From the NCBI RefSeq assembly GCF_001194135.2, contig NC_068987.1, positions 68,163,024 through 68,197,098 of the forward strand: a stretch of 34,075 nt of DNA, written 5' to 3'. A program made the translations under genes and the position numbers. The stretch comes from Octopus bimaculoides (Eukaryota). The notes beneath the pieces were generated by a model. That model had not been told where the DNA came from, did not search any database, and saw nothing but the letters and a program-made list of their open reading frames with translations. Shown here piece after piece: positions 11,708 to 23,349 of this stretch. The stretch's first letter is position 1, and the number at the start of each line of letters is the position of its first letter.

Positions 11708-13135
11708 TCATAAATTTTCTCGTTTTTGCCTCACCGCCAGCTGATCTGGGCGATCGACTCCGCCTATCCCTTCATTGTATGAAACAAAAACACTCGGTTT
11801 CATTATGACATTACCGCCCGCATCTTGTTTCCTAGTGTCCTTCATGCTTTCAGAATGCATTGTGGATAACATACAGACGTTTTTCTTGTCACGCCACGCT
11901 AGAAAGAGAATACCACTATCGGTGCATGGGTAGGGTGTTTCCCACTTTCGAAGTTTCATCTTGTGAAGATCGGGTGGTATGTTTTTTCTATGCGTCTTCA
12001 CAGTCCCAAGGGCATTAGTGCTCCTCACCTACAGCTGCAGGAAGAGGTATGGACTGCAAAACCAGTTCTCCATACAAGTATTGTAGCCTTCGTCAAACAA
12101 GTTTTCATTCAGCGACAACACATCAGTTGATGCTGGAATAGGCATTGGAAGATCCAATCTGTCCTGATCGGTGTAGATTATGTAATTCCACGTGTACCCA
12201 CAGGCTTTACCAATTGACAGGCATACTTTATAAACATTGACTCCAAAGCGGGCGCATTAATCGGGTTGTATTATTTGAATCGGAGCCTCCCCTTGAATTT
12301 CTGCAAATTCTCGTCCGTACAAATGTCCTGTGTAGGAACATACACTGTTTTGAAATTTTCAGCCACTTCGTCAACGATAGTTCTTGCCTGAGTTGAAATG
12401 TAGATTTCGAAGAAGCGCCAAAAATCGATCACGTGGCATCGTTTCCAGAAAGAAAGTTGTCGACGTGGCTGGATCCCGATTCCAATATGACGCCAGGATC
12501 GGTTTCTTCACGATGCCCATCAGCATCAGTAGGGCAATCAGAACCTTGATTTTGTACTCTCTGGTTGGAAACGGATCACCGCCACGCCCAGATCTGACAT
12601 TCTGGGGTGGTTTTCAGCATAGTCATTCGTTTCATCCGTTATATATTGGAACATTTCATCCGTCAAAAACTCGTAGAAGATTCCCAATGGCGAACATCCA
12701 TGTTCAAGGTTTACCTTTACGCCAGACATACCAGTGAATCCGTGCAGTCGGACGAAATTGTCTCTCGCTCGCCACACGACATTCCGTTGTCCAGGGCCAT
12801 TCACCGCTGCTCGCTTGTACTTTTAATTCACCGGAATATCATCTTCGCTATCGGAATCATCTGATTCTGAACTACGAAAATACCCACTCTCCGAGTCACC
12901 GTCCGAACTGGAAGAAACAACTAGCGAGGTAGTGGAACTTGGTGTAGCTTGGCGAGACGACCATAAATTCGATGAAACAGGACACGACGACGAAGTTGAG
13001 GGAGCCGGAGTAGTAGGACGCGGTGATGAAGTTAACGGAGCCGGAGTGGCAGGACGCGACGATCGTAAATTCGATGAAACAAGACGCGACGACGAAGTTG
13101 ACAGGACCGGTGTGGAAGAACCAGACTATTGGGTT
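11708..13135 (-). pseudogene. piggyBac (PGBD/DDE_Tnp_1_7-type) transposase pseudogene
   Basis: SPLGIFYEFLTDEMFQYITDETNDYA; LMGIVKKPILASYW; MPRDRFLALLRNLHFN; PTQDICTDE..KFKGRLRFK*YNP; ENWFCSP; LAWRDKKNVCMLSTMH..KPSVFVSYNEGIGGVDRPDQ; stops and frameshifts. Confidence 0.9.
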
Positions 13136-13240
13136 GTACACAGCATAGCTTTACATCCTCTATTTTAAAAAAGAAATCATAATTGACTATAATTGATAAG
13201 GAACACAAGACTACGGGACTTCGTACCGGAATAAGAAGTG
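11708..13240 (-). mobile_element. Degenerate piggyBac transposon, 3' end truncated
   Basis: Transposase remnant; putative 5' terminus reads TTAA-CACTTCTTATTCCGGTACG on the minus strand (TTAA at 13241-13244). No matching opposite TIR found. Confidence 0.85.
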
Positions 13241-13900
13241 TTAAAAGAAACTGTGAAATGAAAGAAGGGAAGAGTAATGGAATGCGGAGCAGGCTAAATT
13301 GACAGTGAGTTTAAGAGAAAAGATAAGTTGAGAGTGAAGTTGAAGGATAAGAATGGTGAAATCTTTCCAGATTCGTATATGAAACTTTATTCCCTCCGTT
13401 TCCTTGAGAACGTGGATCCATTGTGTCAGGCGATGTCCTGTGCTGAATAAACAAATATTCCATAATTTTTTGTCAAGCTGTGATGCTTAAGGTTAGACGT
13501 AATATACAACTTGGATTTTGTATTGTTTTATTTACATATGATTTCCTCTATATTTTTGCGGACGTAATATAGTGGCGTTTTTTTCCTTTTACGTGATTAT
13601 ATATATNNNNNNNNNNNNNNNNNNNNNNNNNNNNNNNNNNNNNNNNNNNNNNNNNNNNNNNNNNNNNNNNNNNNNNNNNNNNNNNNNNNNNNNNNNNNNN
13701 NNNNNNNNNNNNNNNNNNNNNNNNNNNNNNNNNNNNNNNNNNNNNNNNNNNNNNNNNNNNNNNNNNNNNNNNNNNNNNNNNNNNNNNNNNNNNNNNNNNN
13801 NNNNNNNNNNNNNNNNNNNNNNNNNNNNNNNNNNNNNNNNNNNNNNNNNNNNNNNNNNNNNNNNNNNNNNNNNNNNNNNNNNNNNNNNNNNNNNNNNNNN

Positions 13901-13943
<43 letters not shown>

Positions 13944-14289
13944 AAGATTGATATATACAAAGATTGATATAATAAATCACTGAGAGTGGGCTAATATGTA
14001 TATATTGGTGTGTAAAGTTGAAGTGAGATTGTGAGCAAGTAGGATACGCTGATAAATTACGAGTGTTTCGAGCAGGTGTTTGTCTTCGAAAAGTAGATTG
14101 AGTTGTCGTTGTTGTAGTTATTGCTTTCTTTAATATTTCATCAGTGAATTTTATGGGTTTTATATTAATGTTCTTTTAATATTTCAGCTTTCAGCTTTTC
14201 AAATGATTTTGCTTGTATTCTGTTACATTCTCCTTGTCAAACACGTAAATTCAAGTAATATTTATATATGTATATATAACTATATAAAA

Positions 14290-14397
14290 TACCTATCTAT
14301 CTATATCTGTTTGTCTGTCTGTCTTTCTGTCTGTCTGTCTACTGTCTGTCTGTCTACTGTCTGTCTGTCTACTGTCTGTCTGTCTACTGTCTGTCTA
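14290..14397. repeat. (CTAT)/(CTGT)-derived 15-bp minisatellite (CTGTCTGTCTACTGT-like)
   Basis: About 4 copies of ACTGTCTGTCTGTCT at 14341-14396. Confidence 0.8.
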
Positions 14398-14468
14398 TGG
14401 GTTTTTCTACGATATTATCCAACAATAAATTGCAATATTTAGCTTTGAGTTGATCAGGATATTCCATC

Positions 14469-14905
14469 CCCAAACCAGGACTACACAAGAAAAATGTTAC
14501 TCTATGGTTGTGGAGATATGAAAGGTTTCGCCTATCATAGTATTAAATTAAAGCAAATCAGTAAATGTATCGGAGTATTGACACCAAGTGGAAGTACTTC
14601 AGAAAATCTTGCAGAAAATGGATCTATAATATGTCAAAAGACATGATAGTGCATGGCCATATACTGCCCAAGTCACTACGGAAAAAATGAAGGCACTAAA
14701 TATGGAAGTTTTTGCTCAACCTCCCTCTACTCTTGACGGAGCTCCATCTATCTTCCTGTGAGATCATTGAAGCATTATTTAGACTGAGAATAGTTTATCA
14801 ATTGGCCAGAGTTGAAAAAAATAAGGAGTGATTCTTCGAAGCCTGAACGGCTTGTCAACCGAGTGACCAATAGTTTGCGAAATAGATGATATTATATTAC
14901 TGATA
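14469..14905 (+). mobile_element. Mariner transposase remnant (catalytic domain)
   Basis: PKPGLHKKNVTLWLW (cf. PKPGLHPKKVMLCVWW); HDSAWPYTAQVTTEKMKALNMEVFAQPPSTLDGAPS (cf. HDNARPHTA..HPPYSPDLAPSD); heavily decayed. Confidence 0.7.
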
Positions 14906-15053
14906 ATGAGGGGTAATATTATCGTGATTAAACTGCATGATTTTAGACCAAAGAAGCATTTTTTAATTTCCCATCATGAAATGCAACCGGAATTTCAATA
15001 TGAATATATGAGTACGCATATACACATCTACAAACAAGCGCGAGTGTATGTGT

Positions 15054-15475
15054 GGGAGGTTGTGAAACAGATAGAAGAGACAGGCTATAAGTGCTTGGGG
15101 ATATGGCAAACGGATAAATTGATGGAGAAAGAAATGACAGAAAAATTTAAGATGGAGTACTTGCGCAGACTGAGACTTTCCTGGAGTCGAAATTAAACGG
15201 ACGGAATAAGATTGAAGGTATCAACACCTGAGCGGTTTCACTCCTTAGATATGGAACAGGGGTAATCACATGGACATTAGACGAACTAAACAGCTTAGAC
15301 AGAAAGACAAGGAAATTGCTAACTAGATTTGGATAATTCACCCAAAAAGTGACACAGACAGACGGTATGTACCAAGAAAAAGAGGGGGAAGAGGACTGAT
15401 AGGATGCGAACACAGCATTAGAGCAGAAGAAAACAACACAGCATGGTATGTAAAAAATGCCACCGAACCACAGAA
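15054..15475 (+). mobile_element. Dong/R4-clade non-LTR retrotransposon fragment (post-RT region)
   Basis: EETGYKCLGIWQTD..EYLRRLRL / SKLNGRNKIEGINT*AVSLLRYGTGVITWTLDELNSLDRKTRKLLT / IHPKSDTDRRYVPRKRGGRGL across two frameshifts. Confidence 0.8.
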
Positions 15476-15964
15476 CCACAGATCGGCTAGGTCTATAATA
15501 CAACTCAGTAAACTTAACACCAAGGAATTGATATAATGTACTTTATTTCATAACATTTTGATTTTGAGTACTTCAGCCGCTAAAATATAAGTGCCTTCTT
15601 TTTACGGACAAACACGCATATATTTACATACATAGAAGCATATATACATAGACATGCATAAATACCTACATATATTCATACGTAATGGAGTTGGTAATAT
15701 ATCGGATAACGTACTATAATAATAGATTGGAATTCGCCTCAGAGAGTTGTAGAAAGGAAAAGATTTTAACGGTAATTGTTAGCGATTCTCATTGATTATG
15801 GGAGATAATTTTAAGAAATTAATAAACAATTTAACGCAAAAATTGAATTTTCTACCATAGGTAAATCTAGATTCAGCGTGTTGAATCCAAGCAACATTGG
15901 GAACGAAGTTGTCATTCAGTTACCATCTTATTGTCCATGAAATAGCTAACAGAAATATATGATA

Positions 15965-15999
<35 letters not shown>

Positions 16000-16033
16000 G
16001 TAGTAGCTAAATATCTCTCCTCTTCTCTTTCTA

Positions 16034-16068
<35 letters not shown>

Positions 16069-16142
16069 CTATCTCTCTTTCGCTTTTACATATCACTTTC
16101 CATTAAATAAATGAATAAATAAATAAATAAATAAATAAATAG
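15965..16142. repeat. (TAG)n, (CT)n and (AAAT)n microsatellites
   Basis: Directly visible. Confidence 0.85.
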
Positions 16143-16629
16143 CTAAACTTTGAATCGAAGAAATAAAATCATTATTTATTTAAGCCCTCATAGAGCAAGC
16201 ATTATCACGTAGATGCGTACCGATTTATGCGGTGATAGGATTAAAAAAACCCCTCCAGCTTTACCTGGCGCTAATCGGCTTTACTTCACCCTGCAGATCA
16301 CTAAATGCAGATTCAGAGCTAGAGCCATTGCTTATCACTTAGCAACCGAAAGAAAACTAGCCTAATCGAACTAGTGTTTGGTGTTATCAGGATGGGGAGC
16401 TGTCGTCCTCACCTGATTGGGCTGAGTGTATTATATAGCCTAAGGTCGATCAAGTGTATTGTGTAGCATTCGATTTCGGTGCAAGTATAATAATGATAAA
16501 AAAAAAAGCCAGGAGAGTGGGTTGTTATATGACTCATGATACTGCTTTTACTACTTCTAATTGTTAAATACACATTTTGATTGATTGAAATAGTGAATGC
16601 AGCAACAACAATTACGCTGTCTATCATAT

Positions 16630-16688
16630 TATATACATACATACATATACATACATACATATACATACATATACATACATACATATAC

Positions 16689-16719
<31 letters not shown>

Positions 16720-16802
16720 NNNNNNNNNNCTAGAAATAAGAGCTAAACCGTCTTTTGGCGACACATTGCAAACTGCTGTTTATATTTTTTTCTATGTGTG
16801 TG

Positions 16803-16837
<35 letters not shown>

Positions 16838-16905
16838 ACGTGTGTGTGTGCGTGTGTGTGTGTGCGTGTGTGTGTGCGTGTGTGCGTGCGTGTGTGTGTG
16901 TGCTT
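16630..16905. repeat. (CATA)n-(TA)n-gap-(TG)n microsatellites
   Basis: Directly visible. Confidence 0.85.
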
Positions 16906-17679
16906 GCGTGCTTCAGTACAGCTGTAGGATTGCAGGTCACATTTAGACATTCAGTTGGTAATGTTTCTGTTGTGGCTGCAGTTGTTGGTTTTGGTGCTGA
17001 AACCTACGTTAATATTGAAGAAGCGGACTCTGCCTGACCAGCATTCCAAATGTGGCCATCGCATCTATTTTCATATATAAGACCTCATTATCTGCCGTAC
17101 ATTTTCAATCTAAGACATGTCATAGCTCTTCTTCACTATTACCCTGCGTTTCAAAACGAAAATTAAAATATATGCGCGCATATAAATAGAGGTAGTGTTG
17201 CTCCTACTTTCTATTTACTTTTCTTCCGCATTATATCCTTTCAGGTGGTATTTTACTAACATTTACCATCACTACGACTATGTGTTAAGGCTCTAATTTC
17301 ATGACCACATATTACACATATGTGAGAGGAAAACAAATGCAGTTTTCTTGAAAATTACTTATGCTTGTTCATTCCCCATAATTTTCAAAAATATATTCTG
17401 TTAATTAAATTTTGAAGTAGTAGTCTATATATTTCGACTCGTCAACGGTGCCAATGAAAAAACTGAATTTGAAATGCGAGTAAACTTCGAGCTTACCTCG
17501 CTCCTATTTCATCAGGCCAATCGATTATATAACGCTTTCCTCGCTGGCCGTTCAATAAAAAGTCGTGAGTGATATAAGAGATGTAAAAAACAAATTGAAT
17601 ATTGAATTCAGAAGTGAGTTCTCGATTTGTCATATCCTCACATAGGTTTAAATATAGCTCCGAGGAGGAGGGGCGAATT

Positions 17680-19061
17680 ACTTCCTCGAAAGTTCCAAGG
17701 GAGGGACGGAGGGGAGCAACTACTACGTGGAAAGTTACAAGGAAGGGGAGGAGCGGGAGGGGGCGAATTACTTCCTAGAAAGTTCCAAGGAGGGGAAGGA
17801 GGGGATGAATTACTTCCTGGAAATATCCAAGGAAGGGGGAGGGGAATTATTTCCTGGAAAGGTCCGAGGTTGGAGAGGAAATACTTCCGTGAAAGTTCGA
17901 AGGGACGGGAGGAGAGGGGAATCACTTCCTAGAAGTTCCGAGGAGGGGGGAAGTGATTGTCTTCCTGGAAAGTTCCGAGGACTTGCTTGAAAGTTCCGAA
18001 GAGTGGAATTCCTGGGAAGTTCCGAGGATGAGAAACTTCCTGGATAAATCAGAGAATGGGGATTCCTGGAAACTCCCGTTGTCTTGGAAAATTCCGAGGA
18101 GGACACGTCCGGGAAAGTTCCGATGAAGAGCTACTTCCTGGAAAGTTCCGATGAAGAGCTACTTCCTGGAAAGTTCAGAGTATAAGCAACTTCCTGAAAG
18201 GTATCGAGGACGGATGATGGGACTTCCTGGAAAGCTCCTAGGATAGAACTTCCTGAAAAGTCCCGAAGATGGCATTTCATGGAAAGTTCCGATTTCCTGA
18301 GAAGTCCCGATGACTGTACTTCCTGGAAAGTTCCGAGGTATGGGACTTCCTGGAAAGTTCCTAGACTGTCATATCCTGGAAATTTCTGAGGATGAGCTAC
18401 TTCCTGGAAAGTTTCGAGGATGGGTTTCTTCCTAAGAAGTTCCGATGATGGGACTCATTGGAAAGTTCCGAGGATGGGACTTCCTGGAAAGTTCCGGGCA
18501 ATTACTAGAAAGTTCTGAGGACTTTGTGGAAAGTTCCGAGGCTCAACTATTTTGTGGAATTTTCCCGATGACTTCCTGGGAAGCTCCGAGATTTTTTTGG
18601 AAAGTTCCGGGCACTTCCTGGACAGTTACAGAGATCGGTTACTTCCTAGGAAGTTTCGGGAATAGGCTACTTAGTGGAAAGTTTCGAGGAAGGGGCTTTC
18701 TGAAAAGTTCCGAGGGTGGTACTTCATGGAAAGTTATGAGGACTTCCTGGAAAGTTCCGATCCTTTTCTGGAAGGTTCCAAGGGTGGTACTTCCTTGGAC
18801 GTTCCGAAGATTTCCTGGAATGTTCCGGATATGGGTTACCCACTGGAAAGTTCCGAGGAAGGGGCTTCCAGGAAAGTTCCGGTGATTGGTTACTTCCTGG
18901 AAAGTTCTGATGATGAGCTGCTTCTTGGAAATTTTCGAGGATGGTACTTCTTGGAAAGTTCCTAGGACTTCCTGGGACGTTCCGAGGATGGGACTTCATG
19001 GAAAATCCTGAGGACTTCCTAGAACGTTCCGAGGATGAACTAATGCCTGGAAAGTTACGAG
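17680..19061 (+). repeat. Variable-spacer tandem array, about 51 copies of core ACTTCCTGGAAAGTTCCGAGG
   Basis: Cores counted by hand; near-perfect copies at 17960, 18133, 18318, 18345, 18479, 18742, 18892. Periods are 34-48 bp for the first eight units and 18-33 bp afterwards (21, 26 and 28 common). Confidence 0.92.
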
Positions 19062-19729
19062 AATGATACCATTTTTGCTTCGAGTTAAAAATGAATTATT
19101 TCAAATTCTGTGAAAGAGAAGATATTGTCATGTACATATACTCTTATATACATATATACATATATATATATACATACTTCACACGCGTATACACATACAT
19201 ACATACATACATACATACATACATACACACATAGTGGCTGCTTTCTCGAATACGAGCAAAGTCATTGCTAGAAAGAATCATTGAAACGAGTGAGTGATGA
19301 CTCAGTGTCAGGCCCTTGTATGACTCGTGAGGCTGGTAAAAGACTTTCACATTCTATTGCATGGTGCACAGCACAGCTGGTTGGCTGAAGTAATAGGTGC
19401 TACAGTATGAAGTCTTTTGTCATGCCATTTCAATCCTCCAAATGAATGGCACACCTTTCCACAGGTCGCACATGTTCTGTTGTGAATAATAGCCGTATCA
19501 CAATTTAAATTTGGTTAATTCCTGTGAGTTCTCTCATGGCCAAACAGGTATGCATAACTTAAGTATTTCTTGCCACAAATCCTTCATTTTCTACGAGTTC
19601 ATTCTTTCTAAGCCTTCTCTTGATCTTCTCGTGCTTCATTCTCTCTCTCTCTTTCAAACTTCAAACAACTCTTTTCCTCAGTCCATTTCGGTCTTTTGTC
19701 TCCCTCTCCCAATCAACAACTGAAGCTCC

Positions 19730-20019
19730 GTACAAACATGCGCGCGCACACACGCTCCCCCACACGCGCGCGCACACACACACGCGCGCCCACACACGCA
19801 TGCACACACACAAACACAAACACACACACAAACACAAACACACACACACACACACACACATGTTTCGGGATTGTTTGCTTGTGTACAAAGTCAACAACTA
19901 TTATACATGTGTAGAGGTTCCAAGCGAAATTATGAAAATCTTAAGCTTAAATGGCGTTAAATCATTTTAGATTATGTGACTGTATAGATGTGAATACGTT
20001 TGTACGTGAGTGAAGGTGC

Positions 20020-20071
<52 letters not shown>

Positions 20072-20180
20072 NNNNNNNNNNNNNNNNNNNNNNNNNNNNN
20101 NNNNNNNNNNNNNNNNNNNNNNNNNNNNNTGTATGTGTGTGTGTGTGTGTGCGTGCGTGTATGTGGGGGATGTCTGTGTA
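19730..20180. repeat. (CA)n / (CG-CA) and (TG)n microsatellite tracts
   Basis: Directly visible, with a gap at 20072-20129. Confidence 0.85.
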
Positions 20181-21194
20181 TGTGTGTGTGTATTGTTAAA
20201 CCAAGGCTTCCAATAAAATTCTTTGCTTAGGCCTTTTTTTTTTTTAAATAACGTATCACCGCTCAGCCTTTATAGATTATGTTCTTTATTCTAATTGACT
20301 TAACTTCTGGCCTCTGTCATTTATATTGAAATAAGACGTGAATGCGTTTATTCGGTATTCGGAACTTCTTGTTAAAGTTGGCAAAAATTCGTTGAGCAAT
20401 GGTTACATTCTTTCAAGTTAAAGAATGTTTCGCACTTATCATATGGCTGCTTGCATGCGCATTTATGTAGGTGTCTGTCTTAGAGTAAATATAAACGGCT
20501 TCATTTTGAAAGGTGACAAGGCTGTCCAGGAGTGAAATTTATTTCATTAATGAATTTTAATGTTTCTATTTTAAACCTATATGTCTAGACTACAGCAATA
20601 GCGTTCTTAGTTCCATCACTATGGAAAGATTTTCTGTGTCTGATCATCCAATGAAAACACAGTAGTTTATTGTTGGCGTGTTTTGCAGTACAGCGCTAAG
20701 GATCTCTCTCCTCTCTCTTTCTCTCTCACTCTCTCTCACTCTCACTCTCCCCTCTCTTTGACTGTTTGCTGGTTCTTTTTTTTTTTTTCTTCATTTATGA
20801 CAATTTTCTTTCATCCTATGTCATCTACAACAAATCTCGCAAATAGCAAGCTAATAGCAATATCATTTCATTCCAATGATAGGACCGGAAAAGTGTTGAA
20901 AGAGTTAACGAGATTTCGGAACATTATAGAAATACGTAAAAAGAAAGTCTTTATTAAAATATGTTTAACTTGTAAACAGTTACGTATTTAATACAATACA
21001 TGCACACACACGCACACGCATTTACCAATATATGCATGAACATATATTTCTTGCTCTCATAACACCTTTATTCATCATTTAACTCAGTCCATCGAAATAT
21101 CACAATAAAAAGCTATACTCACTGAACAGAAATATATATACTGACATACACACACACTGTCTATCTCCCTCTCTCTCTTTATCACTCTCTCTCT

Positions 21195-21196
21195 CT

Positions 21197-21242
<46 letters not shown>

Positions 21243-21356
21243 ACACACATTTATATACGTATATATATATGTATGTATATATATATATATTCATATATAT
21301 GTATATTTATACATAAGTATGCACACACACACACACACGCACACACACACACACAG

Positions 21357-21420
<64 letters not shown>

Positions 21421-21534
21421 AGATAGATAGTCAGATATCGGTATATATACATATGCATACAGACACATGCAGCACGCATGCGCGCACGCACACACGCACA
21501 TACACTCACAAACACACACACATATGTATACATG

Positions 21535-21568
<34 letters not shown>

Positions 21569-21570
21569 TG
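21195..21570. repeat. (TA)n/(CA)n/(TATG)n compound microsatellite
   Basis: Directly visible. Confidence 0.85.
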
Positions 21571-22104
21571 TCGATGCTCTCATGCTATCATGGCTGTGTG
21601 CTGAAGAGTCTCGCTTAGCTAAAATGCGTTTGCAGTTGACATCGATCTTTCATAGCGAGTGTCCGAGCGAGCGTGTTATATCATAATCCGGGTCGGCCGG
21701 TGCATTGTTTGCTGTGGGTGAATGAGTGTTCATGTGTATGCGTGCGTATATACGTGCATGTATCTATGCTCGCGTGCCTGCGTGTATGCAGCGTGTGTTC
21801 CGTGAGTCTGTGTTTATGAATAGATTTCAGAATTTCAGCATCACTGCGTTGATCAAGAAAAACATATAGTACTTAGCATTGTACAAGTTATATTTCCTTA
21901 CGACAAGTTTGACTTTGATATTCTCACGTGCGAGATCCTTAAATGAAATACCTAACAAAGCACTAAGATCGATATGCTCAGTTAAGATAACCCTAATATA
22001 AGGTAACCTTGCATTGCCATAATTCAGCAATAGAAATCAATTAAAGATTACAGGTGTATGTAAGATACATGTGCATGTCGTGTACGTGTGTACAATTGCG
22101 CTCG

Positions 22105-22153
<49 letters not shown>

Positions 22154-22974
22154 TCATGTATATTTATGCATATATATGTGCATATATNNNNNNNNNNNNN
22201 NNNNNNNNNNNNNNNNNNNNNNNNNNNNNNNNNNNNNNNTATATATTGACATCGTATTTGCTACTTGCTACATCGACATCGGTTAGTTTTAATGATAAAA
22301 ACCACTTTGAAGAAGTTTGAACTCAAAATGCGTAAAATGCAGAATGAAAGAGTATGCGACGATTTCTCGAATACTGTTTCTACAGTTATGTCTAAAAACT
22401 TGTCAATGTCGCAATGCCAAAGTTTCATTGGTGCAGTAGGTAAGTTAGTAGAATAAACTGACTTGAATATTTTGCTGGTACACCTCATCGACTATATAAT
22501 GGAAAGTTGGTCTCAGCAATATTTGAACTCAAGGCGTTAGGAGCTGTGAAGTAATAGTATAAGACATTTGTCCGAGTCTCTAACGAACATTAGCTATGAA
22601 AGTCTTTCGTCATACATCACCTCCTGGTAACTGATACTCTTTTTCAATCTGTTAAAGTCAATCGTTGATCAGTGATTATTTACCTTCTGCAATATTGGCG
22701 GTGTTTTATGTTTACTGTTTTAGTCGTTTTGCTCGTATCTATTTCTATCATTGGTCTTACTTTCTATCATTCTATTATAATTTCTTTGTTTCTTTTTTTT
22801 TTATACCTCCTTTCTTTCATTTACTTTTGTTGAGGCCTTATTCTGTAACTTATAAAGTAGGATGCACAATTCGATTGCCTTATTCATTTTCTTTGTCAAT
22901 CCGATATTTGCTTTCTTTGTCATTGCTTTCGTTTTTTTTTCTTCTTTTGTGCATGTTTTAACCCTTATCCTCTC

Positions 22975-23172
<198 letters not shown>

Positions 23173-23349
23173 AAGGATGAAACAGGCATTGATTTTTAAG
23201 TTCATTTACACTGAGCAACCAGATTTATATTCTAGTGTTACTGACAAGCAAATCTAGATTAAAGTCAAATTTGGGAAACATTTATTACCTAAATAATTTT
23301 ATTTTCTTCCGTTCAGCCTTCTACAGATTTGTGCATATACGTAGTAATT

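Noticed and set aside
12384-13168. Plus-strand ORFs over the piggyBac (12384-12737, 12607-12864, 12932-13168)
   Set aside because: Antisense shadows of the minus-strand transposase remnant.
13940-13972. 16-bp tandem duplication TACAAAGATTGATATA
   Set aside because: Adjacent to a gap edge and an AT repeat; likely slippage or assembly-related.
16530-16536. AP-1 site TGACTCA (also 19298-19304) and scattered CCAAT boxes
   Set aside because: Single short motifs are expected by chance in 34 kb; no supporting promoter evidence.
16409-16690. Minus-strand ORF ending at a CAG/GTGAG donor-like site
   Set aside because: Starts in a TATG repeat, has no recognisable domain and no clear acceptor.
17627-18999. 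ORFs across the array (e.g. 18445-18885, 17810-18106)
   Set aside because: Unit lengths are not multiples of 3, so the peptides drift between frames; by-products of a stop-poor repeat.
17680-19061. CRISPR-like interpretation of the constant-repeat/variable-spacer array
   Set aside because: Eukaryotic context, no cas genes, spacers only 0-27 bp and reused in classes, and cores too degenerate.
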